This document shows, piece after piece, positions 9,001-16,909 of a stretch of 64,000 nt of DNA. Each line of letters opens with the position of its first letter. Within the stretch, counting starts at the first letter, position 1. The DNA is taken from positions 64,001 to 128,000 of IMG/VR virus record IMGVR_UViG_3300035681_000001. One strand, given 5' to 3'. A model generated the notes under the pieces. That model was not told the DNA's origin, did no database searches, and was given only the letters and a program-made list of their open reading frames with translations. The stretch is from a virus. The position numbers and the translations under genes are program-made.

Positions 9001-11774
9001 AACTTACCAAACGAGCTAACGTCCTTAAAGCCACTAGCACCTAACACACTAGAAAAGCCACCAGCTCTAATCAGGTCTTTTTCAGCTGCTTTTAAGCCAA
9101 GTAACTGCTCACCTAGGGTCCCGGTAGCGGCATTAGCTCGGTTGGTTACTCTGGCCTGACGTAAGAATATATCTCGATGTATCTGTAGCATCTCACGTAC
9201 AGAACCTTTGCTAGCAAAGTTTCCTATTAAGTGACCCATACGAGTCACCGATTTAGTCAAACTGGTAAAACCCGGACTTACCAAAGAACTAGCTGAACGA
9301 TCAGACCCCGGTATTACACTCGTACCACCTTGAGATATAGTACGAGTGCTGGTATTACCAAAAGCCTCTCTAACCTCAGGAATCCACAACCACGGACTAG
9401 CAAAGATAAAACGCCCTATTTGATCAGCTGAAGCAGCAAGTGCTCTAACACGATCAGCCCCAATACCTTTGAGAGTTAACTGATAAGAGTAACCTTTAGA
9501 CTCATCTAAAAGGTTTATTTGAGGTAGCTCATGAGCCAAATCCCTAGCTGTTATTTTAGCCTCTTGCATCTTACCGGTTTCAGCAGAGCCAGCTGTCATT
9601 ACATAGTTTAAGAACGGCTCTAAAAAGTTATTCCAAACACTAGAATCAATACGCCTAAACACACCTATAGTGCCTATAGGGCCTGATACAAGCCCTTTAG
9701 GCTTTACTTCTAAGCTGTTTATATCAGACAAAAAGCCTACTTGGCTGCGTTCTAACTCAACTAATTCTGAAGCTGTAATACCTGAGTGTATTTTGCCTCC
9801 AAAGCCTCTTAAGCCTGCCTGATCCAGTTCTTTCCAGACTTCACTACTAATAGGATCAAAACCGTAGCTGTTAACTTTCTGTAGCTTACTGTCTATTAAA
9901 TCGCCAAGTTGTGTTTTACCTTCACTTTGAGCTACTTGAAGAGACCTTAAAGTATTAGACTGCAGCACGTGCAGCATTCTTTTAGAAGTTTCTCCTGGTT
10001 TATCACTAACAGAAACCTCATACAACTTGTTGTACCAGCCATCTAAAAAACCACCTTTTAAGCCGTACTGAGCCATAGTATCCGCCGCACGTTGCTCAAT
10101 ATGAGCTCGTAGCAGAGTAACACCGTGGCTAAACACAAAATAACTACCAATTGCTTGAGCAGTTTGTATTACAGTTTCTTGAGCAAAACCCAAAATACGT
10201 TCTACAGGGCCTACTTCGTTTTGGGTCTTATAGGCAGAACGGTAGAGCTTTTTAAGGCTGCCATAGTCCCTACCAGCTTTAGCATCTTCTAGGTCCTTAA
10301 GCCAGTAGTAACCTGACATAGTGTCCGTGGCTCGACCTATGCCCGCACCTAACAACCCTAAGAAACCCAACCCAGGTTTGTAGACATCGGTGTTAAAAGT
10401 ACTATTTACCCAAGCACCTACACCTGGATCTGAGAGCTGACGATCTAGCTGCCTTAACCAAAACCCAGGTTGGGAGTTACTTACTAAAGAATGAAAGTTC
10501 TCATAGACACTAACTTTAGTATTAGGGTGGTTAGTAAAAAACGACTGCGGCATTCGGGTAGGTAACCGCTGTAGCATACGCCGCTCACCGGCATCTGCAC
10601 CCAGCTCCCTAGATACTGTAGTAACATCTACAAACAATAAGTCCCTGACGTTCTTAGGGAAACTACGATACGCTTTTTCAACGGCGGATTCTTTTACGTA
10701 ACTCGGAGCTACGTCTACAAACTTAGTAGGGTTATCAGAAACTTTGATAAAACCATATTTACTAAAACCTTGAAGCTCGCGGGCTAAAGCATCAGCCAAT
10801 CTACGGTCGTTCAAGTACCGAACTTTTTCTAAAGTTTTGTTAGCGCTGCGGGATGAGATATTATAGGAACCAGAAAACAACTTACTGTCAATAACTCCTG
10901 CTTTAGCGTGCTGCAAGAGTTGTTTAGCGTAGTCAGCGGGTTGTAAATAGACTTCAACCCCAGCAGCACTCAACCCAGCTAGTAGTTTACTAGTAGATTC
11001 TTGATTACCACCACCTTTTGCACCTTTAGGATTTTGACCATATACTCTAACGTCTAGACCTCGTTGTTGAGCTTGCACTAAAGCTTCAGCTACTACAGGG
11101 TCGGTCATGTAAGCTTCAGCAATATATACACGTTGCTGAGCTTTGTTTATATCTCTAACTAGTTTGTCTACAAATTGAGGTCCGGCGCCAGGACCAGTAA
11201 CAAACACTGAACCACTCTTCAAACTAGCCTGCAAACCACCTACGTTACTATTACGATTTAGACCACGCCCTATAAAATCAGCAATACGTGCATCGTCAGC
11301 CAACACCTTAGGATCAGTGCTACGTACAGCAAAGTTAAGCTGCTGTAGACGCCCCCGCTTAGAATTCAGTATAGTGTTTAAGTTACCTGTTGAGGTAAAG
11401 CTTTCTGCGCCAGGCCTAAAAACCTGTTTAAGGTGTATATTCACCAAATTAGGACTCACGCCTGGCTTATACGGACCTACGTCGTCTAACACCAAAGTAC
11501 TGCTACGAGATATAGCTTGATCTGCTCTAGCTCTTACAAACTCACGTTCACGCCGTGCACCTTTATAAGTATCAGCACCTGCATTAACGTATAGCTCTCT
11601 AAACTTATCTAAATACTGACTTAGACCGGGCTGGCTTTTAACATCATAAAAAGCACCCCTTAAAGACCTAGCAGGTGCTCGCTGGAAAAAGGCACGAGTT
11701 TGTTCACCTATGGCCTCGGGCCCATAAAGAGACTCCGTCCCTGAAGTATAAGTTCCAGACAGAGTGTCAGCCAT
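1..11774 (-). CDS. Giant tape-measure-like virion protein (at least 3,924 aa, runs off the window edge); N-terminal PLD domain, C-terminal muramidase and start of an M23 peptidase
   Basis: ATG at 11774 overlaps the TAA of the upstream gene (TAATG). Manual translation starts MADTLSGTYTSGTESLYGPE and gave no stop down to base 1. The track omits it, consistent with the absence of a stop codon. It is Gly/Ala/Leu-rich with many hydrophobic helices. Confidence 0.85.
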   Translation of the reverse strand, partial: MADTLSGTYTSGTESLYGPEAIGEQTRAFFQRAPARSLRGAFYDVKSQPGLSQYLDKFRELYVNAGADTYKGARREREFVRARADQAISRSSTLVLDDVGPYKPGVSPNLVNIHLKQVFRPGAESFTSTGNLNTILNSKRGRLQQLNFAVRSTDPKVLADDARIADFIGRGLNRNSNVGGLQASLKSGSVFVTGPGAGPQFVDKLVRDINKAQQRVYIAEAYMTDPVVAEALVQAQQRGLDVRVYGQNPKGAKGGGNQESTSKLLAGLSAAGVEVYLQPADYAKQLLQHAKAGVIDSKLFSGSYNISSRSANKTLEKVRYLNDRRLADALARELQGFSKYGFIKVSDNPTKFVDVAPSYVKESAVEKAYRSFPKNVRDLLFVDVTTVSRELGADAGERRMLQRLPTRMPQSFFTNHPNTKVSVYENFHSLVSNSQPGFWLRQLDRQLSDPGVGAWVNSTFNTDVYKPGLGFLGLLGAGIGRATDTMSGYYWLKDLEDAKAGRDYGSLKKLYRSAYKTQNEVGPVERILGFAQETVIQTAQAIGSYFVFSHGVTLLRAHIEQRAADTMAQYGLKGGFLDGWYNKLYEVSVSDKPGETSKRMLHVLQSNTLRSLQVAQSEGKTQLGDLIDSKLQKVNSYGFDPISSEVWKELDQAGLRGFGGKIHSGITASELVELERSQVGFLSDINSLEVKPKGLVSGPIGTIGVFRRIDSSVWNNFLEPFLNYVMTAGSAETGKMQEAKITARDLAHELPQINLLDESKGYSYQLTLKGIGADRVRALAASADQIGRFIFASPWLWIPEVREAFGNTSTRTISQGGTSVIPGSDRSASSLVSPGFTSLTKSVTRMGHLIGNFASKGSVREMLQIHRDIFLRQARVTNRANAATGTLGEQLLGLKAAEKDLIRAGGFSSVLGASGFKDVSSFGKFRSGFFKLGSLLVLDRIFDNYYMQPQGADLLSQIGGEIFGYRTQNKDSEWTRWNETYFTGTVPKPIATLALLGGSWLGGHVMHKRTTDRFEYNLKDETILNKSQVTEPGQLVYSKKVIGGKSGTGKSRGSLVSVFEGLVDGELQYQQIGYEKGKILTTTRKGVRFSKTGAMVGAVAGILIAQASTSFVANLFNAIYRKDKSSSFEIDPENAIAKGILVDIINNDPQRWKNPIYAARAQTLSDLAKRLSVPDITRQDITYSFAAQIPTPIFQFAVVGRSDPRTGVTALGAGFQFMPVLGAGSTPMAPFGFSFGATKTRMQRLLEKRAGLVSDSRFYDDEQSALFWGKAADLASVVTFFPESQTYAALGTVGALSYLGSVYRAVRNQNVVGAADPKGSVSRDLIGFAGRMTKRVITWAQVPTLVAPNLIKGAFGTLLDTSPTVGAMRRGSALRALAPYLLPYLAYSSLVSPNSSVFNPLALIYESQATQAQDPNWSAGNVARDNFFRQLYIGGFFGAYYGTALARAGVFAGAEKFSRFGDPNFEFVGTTARYQKGIWDAYERKFNASDKGVLRGLGLGDESVKTLAAALGAAKGKSDALLHLQSLRPALVETAGLRFNLAARKGVKYAAVYSLAAAVLAAGNQLTIGPKGEMSWLQNAMLIFHFGGQNNYTQAQLALARRARYANVPKQNPGILGLLEQAGSTITGAWNIQKLTGAYQDNPNMFASLIGPLGLSESKNGFRGYVQATSAYTDISGSELAMIKGLSVTKDQVYLLQSLYKTSRNSTSALYSIFSAVPRQQPATIQKAARPEEYNQLGTSQGLSAAIRVRQQELIRISNQRPVEILMGLLHETNVAQALSKKGKVYFPNIDNFSARVGGEASVDLFKKGFYDFLDYATGKSSGDELGNYTGYYQEQILGRTPFFSYFTSTLKATAQSFQEGSLPSAVFGGALFSTLAFASLASLGAISLAGITFAASSKVKPYVPAETDIRSRATATFNVVAKGEAYEFSLRSGGGTTNPQIKVSVPSASASSQVADAYNTARNSMFSLTDEQLSPQNIKQTLLDDMARMYGGATDQQNFAQQIYGKEYDPRRTNNIIEQYGLERNVRGSRILDAESKRLHALNHYVNAALLVHESFLENTEETDRSLAGRYTGKGTQRWASDSIPTDTIVKAINETFRQRGYSGLVREGITGSTSTLIDYFNLVQAYELLSAGSYLGSTSESVRTRAGYFVVAKSGELAAGLGIFALLRKAWSTSPTFATFAGLAAVGTYVGLNRITNNGVQNFLSGVSDTVNENFIKPTTAFLASGLAAVGQAPLVKTALSGLNTVARILDPALYAIRKKALNVPGFGIIARFLLPETVRSFMEEQTGLLPTASSWQGPRMEEYGEDANTRAETMQKRRLFRATSLPNELDDALFSPALMGRSVYDPEPEFDARYFGSSGYAERVLTQGGFRSQSLVSNLMLSAMRQRQFMVDTTAANFYYTRPQPANYDYSLLQTAAGLAWRSSKASNKGYWGTFLTGASTVYRDFKTLGDKVSQSEFTTDLKALGSGIGRVANRTTEPAISWLANQTRRFTVGGLRFAGLSNRITFRALGKGFSKNSKFLGALAPSAALGGLGVWLLGDAVGDYYATAANLNEQDRNRLKFGLGLASASTFEIMLGIDSARRWNPQESAYVYGKSQVSRVGRYGLAAGVGAFAFTSLFNYLGDNTSKNWGFDYGEDYHLSTAAGTVVGAGSYAYFRHLQKGYATYLEGVNIEPEVTTVTRDSSVRLPGPKGFSGPRGPGSPGMGPITTATVATALPEPTPAADTPLSFKSYVGSQRLGILPTWRRILKNRYTGMGLGLLALLPLLPVHNLNSLGVFKLPALAGFLALVGYGVYGALGTTGIKRVFGAFKGTRIGAVGSGIDKFFQNVQQFLGVLNIRPALREFKTKVLQNEKFIAARKLVGGLAGKLGRFAAVYGGLISSGLGVSQLNGDSRRVQYQTAYSEFFQNAAGLAVTAAGGRSRQVFGTFFLMQDLVKDNPLADAVTDQFYQEDQLDPAGANRRNITRVGLGAAAVIGLNLGIRRLSKTALSRLSGIAGTLTLATSSLANLLSGSLLKPNRTAWQLSSEAVDQEFQPLQNALFGSILRGSVSTAIWSTVAGAALSWDPVRSFRTSQIAQSMQAAGKYNPQGYAELGLYQRAGGLIAASLLAPLAARLIRSPFRSNSLAVANTLLIAFNVSQSLGAIAGTQVYLMQNDPRSRPWEAAAVSLANYQDAGFRDSIIQDSTRSTFKGRFFDYFRAQYARPTKGFGSPNLWQKGVNLLASPLGWAKTLIGGKLGTGLTVLNVIDEAVNSGKSLVDAGVSALGAAVTSTILFTGLQSLFSAARVGGLFSSVARVAAPALIAKQLSSIAMRTWRTYKLPGYESMDDDNIGTVSNTIGAAAGGIALLNFFKGGGGPRGGTGGGNAGGGAGASPSSSPTTSTRGGFRGLRRLVGEGAVGRGNLAIIGLEVLQAGLIASDTPYGNKVRAAVQADESFRDKLLKGESLANTPEAQAGKRDFELVSRFAGNMITRAGDAAAWLGTAIAGLALWGFSSVFGGGSAAAATPGKFSNLTLQPTEQVMYDYIAAQKRKIAAQKTAYQKTRKQQRWVSEQTFRQTNEQKSWDLFQWAADRVKDLTGLATETFRRVGSFAQGATDGLGSALGELTGSAYVASVSAFTPLLRVIYAGEGGYNSVNRGNAGDTPGGLPGLSSMTFGEVMRRQAAGLHAVGAPQFIPSTLKIAMRDAGLKTTDVFSPYNQDRAAIALMIGSKQPALAAFLRGKSNNVRAAIDALAGEWASVKNASGRGQYNHVGRNRATITMSPELMWETRRRYLASPDAIRPTTPVDIIGGLFRSGTGGDRPVYVTNDRDSRGGSFIHAHLGLNQRGGSHVLRGQQTAQEASLLQTYAFSFIKEGFRQGEQRIEIHGLQGSRGGSIWLTRKSSDAEIKSAIARGVMGHHDPKYAIDINFDTLKKFIAPSAGKVT
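480..905 (-). other. Lambda-R-like/GH104-type muramidase domain in the giant protein
   Basis: IYAGEGGYNSVNRG...TFGEVMRRQ...HAVGAPQFIPSTL...FSPYNQDRAAIAL...ALAGEWASV...GRGQYNHVGRNRA matches the usual E-x-G-Y...Q-F-x-P-x-T-L...F-S-P-x-x-Q-D...LAxEWAS pattern. Confidence 0.8.
10760..11190 (-). other. PLD-superfamily domain (single HKD, Nuc/Zucchini type) in the giant protein
   Basis: DKLVRDINKAQQRVYIAEAYMTDPVVAEALVQAQQRGLDVRV...QHAKAGVIDSKLFSGSYNIS gives HxKxxxxD (H289, K291, D296) plus GSxN (302-305). Confidence 0.85.
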
Positions 11775-12358
11775 TAGGTGCGCACGCGCTCTACGTTACC
11801 TAAAGCACCTACTTTATACTCTTGAAGCATGTCTAAAGTAGCAGCAGGTTCGTAGTTAACAGTCAAGTTCGTACCTACTGCCGGGCGGTCAAAACGCCAA
11901 GCCAAAGCGTTATATTCAGCTACCCAATTATCTCCACTAGAAACAGACACTACACGCCATACCTTAAGGGGCAAGGTAGGGTCTTGATCCCCTAAAGCAA
12001 AAAAGTATTGGTTTAATAAGGGCACAGAAGGCACAATCCAAGTCTGAATGTCTAGCGGCGTCCGATTGCCAACCCGAAAGAATTCAGCTTGGTAACGACC
12101 TATAGGTAAGTATTTATCTGAGGGTAACAACTGAAAGCGCAACAGCCCATCAGGAGGTACATCTAACACTAGCGAATCAGGTATGTACTGATCAGGTCCT
12201 CTACGATTAGACCTAGGTGAGGTAATGCGTAAACGGTACTTAACGTCTGTTGGATTAAGAGCTGAATCGTCAGGGTTTAAAGCCCAGGGCTTAAATTGTA
12301 TGACTATAGGGGTGTAAATCTGACTACCTGCTTGGATTAAAGTATCTGACATTATCAA
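11774..12358 (-). CDS. Hypothetical protein, probably virion structural (beta-rich)
   Basis: 194-aa ORF between terminase and the giant gene; its stop overlaps the giant gene's start. Confidence 0.7.
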   Translation of the reverse strand: MIMSDTLIQAGSQIYTPIVIQFKPWALNPDDSALNPTDVKYRLRITSPRSNRRGPDQYIPDSLVLDVPPDGLLRFQLLPSDKYLPIGRYQAEFFRVGNRTPLDIQTWIVPSVPLLNQYFFALGDQDPTLPLKVWRVVSVSSGDNWVAEYNALAWRFDRPAVGTNLTVNYEPAATLDMLQEYKVGALGNVERVRT

Positions 12359-12386
12359 TACGGTGCTAGTTCCAGCTTAGAGCAAA

Positions 12387-15300
12387 CTACCAAGTGTCTA
12401 AAGAAAACCTAGAACCACCACCTGAACCACTAAAACTACCCCATCGCTGGCGGGTACCTAAAACTTCCCTTTTGAAGTTTCCTCTAGTAGAACTAAAGTC
12501 ATCTTCTACTGTAGGAGAAAATATAGCCGCAGGTTTTGGTACCGCTAATTTCCTAGAACTAGACCAATCAGCATGGGTGTTGCCTACTAGTTGCCAGCAA
12601 ATGGCGGCGACACAATCAGCCAAATCTTTGCTGTTATGGACTATAACTCCTGCTCCGACAGCAAAGTTATCCCAAAGATCCACTGACAAATCATAAACAG
12701 GAACTGGTTCTGATAATACAACCTTAGTAGTAGAAACTAGCTTTACTAGTTTTGTCAAACACATCAACTCAGCTTTACAGGTTTCTAGGTCTTTGGCTTG
12801 TATATACTCACCGCTGCTAAGCATAAATGGATGATCTGGGGTACACCTAATAACAGAACCATTATCTAAGCCTACATCTAGCAGTTCTGTTACCTCCATG
12901 GTTTTACGACCTCTAGCTCGACCAGGTACCAAAGTACCATCTGACTTAGCACTATATAACCAAACTTCTTTTCCTACCAACTCTGAAATCATTGGTGTAG
13001 TACCATCTAATAATGGTATTCGAGTTTCCCCGACTAAACATTTATCTGGCTTATGGTCAATTTTGTTAGCATTAATCAGCTGTAAGTGTATGAGTTCATC
13101 TTTTAGTAAAGATGTAAACTCTGACATCCTAGGGAAAATAATCCGATTCTCGTGTAGCAGCTTCCTCAAACAGTCATACATATCAAGTTGTATACCTCTA
13201 CTAAAGAAAATAGTTTCAGCTCGTAAGCCGTTAGCCTTAAGACGCTGAATAGTCTCTGGAGAGTGAGCGTGATCACTGGTAACTTTAGCTAGCGGCCGTT
13301 TACGGTTAATCTCATAAATAACAGACTGTACATTAGTGATACTGACTTGAATGCCGGGCTCAGGCTCCCAAGCTACTAGACCGTCTATAACCACTAAAGT
13401 TTCACCTTGTGAGTCGCGTTCTTTATGACCAAAAGCTAAACCGTAAGCATCACGTTTAACTGCTGGATCTAGGTGTAAGTAAGTAACTATACCGTCAGCT
13501 TCAGCTACTGTTGCTTGCATCCTCACTAGACCATCACCACCACTAGTGTCTTTCACTACTTTGATCTTTGAGCTGCCCCTAAAAGCTCTTACTACTTCTT
13601 CTTTGTCCAAGAACGAATACTGCCCTGAATGGCGTATACCTTCAAACTCCAAAGCAGCTTTAATAGGATCTTCTGCATACTCGATCTTAATGACTGGTTG
13701 TTGACGACCTGCTCGTTTAGGGTTAAGGTCCCAAGATCTTAACCTAAAGCCTACCATTGAGTCGGCTACTTCAGGATCTTTACACGTCCGATAAAGCTTT
13801 TGTATAGCATCTTCGTCTTCCCAAGCAGAAGAAATAGCTACCCTCAAAGCATCTAGCCCAAAAGTAACACCTGAAACACCAATGTTAGACCAAAGCTCTA
13901 AAGCGTTAGACTCACCGTTTTCAGATTTAAAGCGAGCTACTTCATCCATTACCAGCAAGATCACACTAGATCCTACCTGAGAAGAAGACTTAGAATTACC
14001 CGCGTAGATATATAGTAATTTTTCCGGATACTTGATTTCTTGTTCACCTACTATTATTCTTTTTTGGTCTATCAACCTGCGGATTACAGGTACGTAATAC
14101 AACAACGCTCGGGCTTGACCGTAAATAGTACGTTTAGTTTGTTCTGCAGCGGTAGCCATACAAAATATGGCTATAGGAGTAGAAGCTGCTATACCGTAGT
14201 GCAACTGGGGCGAAGACTGTAAGCACAACTTGTAGAACTCATAAGCAACTATCAAAGAGCCAACCATCGTGTTGTGGTTGGTGAAGCCCTGTGCAACGTA
14301 TTGCTCACACCCAGGTACTGAGAGGTCTACACAAAAAGCTTCAGAGTCTTCAACAGACTCCACGAGATCATAAAAGTAGTCGCAATCTCGTAAGTACTTA
14401 AAGTGCTCGACGGCTTCTAGATCACTACAATGTTCCTCAGCAAACTCAATCAAAGCCGGCAAACGGTAAGCACTGAATTCTTCAGTGGAGTTTTCTTTAA
14501 TAGAATTACCTACGATAGCTCGAAACTCTAGCTTTAAGTTTCGGGTTTTAGGTCGGTCTGCATAACCAGAACCTAGTAGTTTACCGGCGGCGTGAGCTGA
14601 ACCTGGCTGCTTGCCTCTATTAGAGGGTAAAGAATCACGCAGCCTCTTCAGCCACACTTTTTGGTTAGGTATACGTTCGGTATCACCTCCGTCTCTACTA
14701 GCAGCAGCTAAATAGTCAACTAACGGTTGCTGTTTTCTTGGCAAGCCAAAACCTATTTCAACAGCAAATCTCTTAACGCTGCGTTGCCCTCTTAGGATCA
14801 ACACGTAATAATCAGTTCCTTTGACATCTTTAGTTCTTACACGACTGACTACACCAAAGTTTAAGAGCATCAGCTGTACTTCTTCGGCTAACTGCTTTGA
14901 AGCAGTAGACAAAGTAACTTCTCGACCACCTTTCTCGCAGCTACCGTCAGCAGCAAAAAGACCGGACAAAAAAGCAGCTTGTACGTCTTTAGGGCTACGG
15001 CGTATAGACCAGGGTACTTTTTTAGTAGTAACGTGAGACTCAATAACAAAACCTAAAGAGTCAAAGTAACTACGCAGCACTTTACAGCCAATTGACAACC
15101 TGGCCCCAAATTGAGACCTCTTATCTTTAGTCTCCTTGGGGTACTCAAGTCCCGTTTTAGTAACTACGTCTGTATACCAAGGAATGTCTTGTAAGTGCGT
15201 AGTAAGCTGTATTTGGCAATTACTGGTCCAACTGCCGTCACCTACCAATAAACCTAAAAGCCTGCCTAAATCAGCATCTAAGAACTCAGGGTACTGCCGC

Positions 15301-16097
15301 TGCTTAACTGACATCCCATTGCTGTACTTAGTAAGGCTAGGGGCAAAGTGTTTTATTGATACGTATTCTGTAGGAAAAAGGTTGGTAGCTCTGTGTATAC
15401 AAGCCCACTCTCCCGCCTGAATGTCCCTAAAGTATCTCCACTCAATATTGCCGTGCGTATTTAATACTTTGATTCTATGTTCAGGGGTGGCTTCCAAGTT
15501 GTAGCTACATTCTGTTAGTACCTTTTTGGTTTTGGTTTGACCTTTTACGTAAAAGTTTTCAGCAGTAGCTCTTTTATTAGTTCCCTCAGTAGCTACGGTG
15601 TGGCTTAAAGGCAAAGCCACGTCTTTTAGTTGCTGCATACCTTGTTCAAGGGTAAGCATGTTCAGGTTCTGAGAAACAGACATAGCTTCTTTAAGCAGCT
15701 CGTGTCCATAAATCATACCATACTTTTGAGAGCCTAGGAGGGTATACAGACTGTGGCATTTGCCCCCCCTACGACCACATTCTAAAATCAGAGCTTGTTT
15801 CTTACCAATCTCCATTTCTAAGGAGAAACAGAGATCAAAAGTAGTACGATCTAGTTCATACCAAGTTTGTATAATTGCTCGCTCTTCATCATTAAAAACG
15901 TAATGCCCGTAAAAGATCTTTAAAATAAGCATCTGGCGGACATCTAACTCGATGCCCCAGTCTGGGTGTATTTCTTGCTCAATAAAGTCAACTATATTAG
16001 TTACTGCTGTATCAGTAGCAAACTTGGTTTGGAGATCTGTGACTAGATCATCAAAAAAACCATCAAAATTAAAATCCAGCCCGGCCGATTTGCTCAT
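12387..16097 (-). CDS. terL: Terminase large subunit with two inteins
   Basis: Walker A ECGRRGGK|T split by an intein; Walker B ILLVMDE; nuclease motifs YLHLDPAVKRDAYGL and SKDLADCVA. Confidence 0.92.
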   Translation of the reverse strand: MSKSAGLDFNFDGFFDDLVTDLQTKFATDTAVTNIVDFIEQEIHPDWGIELDVRQMLILKIFYGHYVFNDEERAIIQTWYELDRTTFDLCFSLEMEIGKKQALILECGRRGGKCHSLYTLLGSQKYGMIYGHELLKEAMSVSQNLNMLTLEQGMQQLKDVALPLSHTVATEGTNKRATAENFYVKGQTKTKKVLTECSYNLEATPEHRIKVLNTHGNIEWRYFRDIQAGEWACIHRATNLFPTEYVSIKHFAPSLTKYSNGMSVKQRQYPEFLDADLGRLLGLLVGDGSWTSNCQIQLTTHLQDIPWYTDVVTKTGLEYPKETKDKRSQFGARLSIGCKVLRSYFDSLGFVIESHVTTKKVPWSIRRSPKDVQAAFLSGLFAADGSCEKGGREVTLSTASKQLAEEVQLMLLNFGVVSRVRTKDVKGTDYYVLILRGQRSVKRFAVEIGFGLPRKQQPLVDYLAAASRDGGDTERIPNQKVWLKRLRDSLPSNRGKQPGSAHAAGKLLGSGYADRPKTRNLKLEFRAIVGNSIKENSTEEFSAYRLPALIEFAEEHCSDLEAVEHFKYLRDCDYFYDLVESVEDSEAFCVDLSVPGCEQYVAQGFTNHNTMVGSLIVAYEFYKLCLQSSPQLHYGIAASTPIAIFCMATAAEQTKRTIYGQARALLYYVPVIRRLIDQKRIIVGEQEIKYPEKLLYIYAGNSKSSSQVGSSVILLVMDEVARFKSENGESNALELWSNIGVSGVTFGLDALRVAISSAWEDEDAIQKLYRTCKDPEVADSMVGFRLRSWDLNPKRAGRQQPVIKIEYAEDPIKAALEFEGIRHSGQYSFLDKEEVVRAFRGSSKIKVVKDTSGGDGLVRMQATVAEADGIVTYLHLDPAVKRDAYGLAFGHKERDSQGETLVVIDGLVAWEPEPGIQVSITNVQSVIYEINRKRPLAKVTSDHAHSPETIQRLKANGLRAETIFFSRGIQLDMYDCLRKLLHENRIIFPRMSEFTSLLKDELIHLQLINANKIDHKPDKCLVGETRIPLLDGTTPMISELVGKEVWLYSAKSDGTLVPGRARGRKTMEVTELLDVGLDNGSVIRCTPDHPFMLSSGEYIQAKDLETCKAELMCLTKLVKLVSTTKVVLSEPVPVYDLSVDLWDNFAVGAGVIVHNSKDLADCVAAICWQLVGNTHADWSSSRKLAVPKPAAIFSPTVEDDFSSTRGNFKREVLGTRQRWGSFSGSGGGSRFSLDTW
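12633..13040 (-). mobile_element. Intein 2 (136-aa mini-intein)
   Basis: K|CLVGETRIPLLDG...CTPDHPF...VYDLSVDLWDNFAVGAGVIVHN|S, with no endonuclease motifs. Confidence 0.92.
14271..15758 (-). mobile_element. Intein 1 (496 aa) with LAGLIDADG homing endonuclease
   Basis: Starts at Cys (GK|CHSLY), ends GFTNHN|T, and contains LGLLVGDGSW and FLSGLFAADGS motifs. Confidence 0.92.
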
Positions 16098-16909
16098 ACC
16101 ACTACTAGTTTCAACACCAACTGATAGTAAAGTTTACCAGTCCCAGTATTAGTTACTATTTCTAGATCTAACCCAGTACCTGCAGCCAACGGGCCGGTTA
16201 GGTAACTACTAGGATAACTACTAAGCAGCGCCCCGCTGGATTGAGAATAGATCCTATTGGTTAGTACGTTACTAGTAGTGGGAGTAGTAGCTCCTACTAC
16301 GGTAGCCCCAGCCCGCAAGCGAACACTACTAGCAAAACCTACAGACTTCAAATAGAGGTCTTGTATCCAAGAACTATTAGGTAAAGACAAAACTACCGGG
16401 CAGATCACAGGTGCAGTAACGTCTAATACACCACTAAAAGAATAAGTAGAAACCCGAGCCCAATCAGCTGGTCTAACAAACCCTGCCAAACCAGCACCGT
16501 CAAGCTGCTGGAAGTCTTGTGTAGCTGCTGAGGTGTAGAACGTTACTAAATTACTGCCTGAACTGAGGTTAATACCATGTATGCAATATACGGTCGCACT
16601 AGTTTGTGGGTTCCTGACATAAAGCGTACCGTTAACCACAGTTTCAACAGCTGAAACCGTAAGCCTTAAGGTACTAGCAGCTATATAAGTAATAGTGGCC
16701 GGTACTACAGTAGCTAAGATTTCTTCAGCTGCATCGTTATATACGTAAACCGCATCTCCTATATTAACGTTGTAGCACCTAAAGTCAGGAGGAGTTACGC
16801 GATCGTGGGTGTGTACGTTGTACTTACCATAAGCTAGTGTAGGGTCTTCTGTTTGTAGCCCCCCAACACCGCCAACTCTAATTTGAGGATAAGCAGCGCT
16901 ATAGGTCAT
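16094..16909 (-). CDS. Hypothetical virion protein
   Basis: 271-aa Thr/Ser/Val-rich ORF with 4-nt overlaps on both sides. Confidence 0.65.
   Translation of the reverse strand: MTYSAAYPQIRVGGVGGLQTEDPTLAYGKYNVHTHDRVTPPDFRCYNVNIGDAVYVYNDAAEEILATVVPATITYIAASTLRLTVSAVETVVNGTLYVRNPQTSATVYCIHGINLSSGSNLVTFYTSAATQDFQQLDGAGLAGFVRPADWARVSTYSFSGVLDVTAPVICPVVLSLPNSSWIQDLYLKSVGFASSVRLRAGATVVGATTPTTSNVLTNRIYSQSSGALLSSYPSSYLTGPLAAGTGLDLEIVTNTGTGKLYYQLVLKLVVV

Noticed and set aside
78-11520. Short track ORFs in 78-11520, mostly plus strand
   Set aside because: They are antisense or out-of-frame shadows of the giant minus-strand gene and show no motifs.
1-11774. Second RNA polymerase in the giant minus-strand protein
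   Set aside because: I found no DxDGD or beta-like KG/NP motifs in my manual translation.
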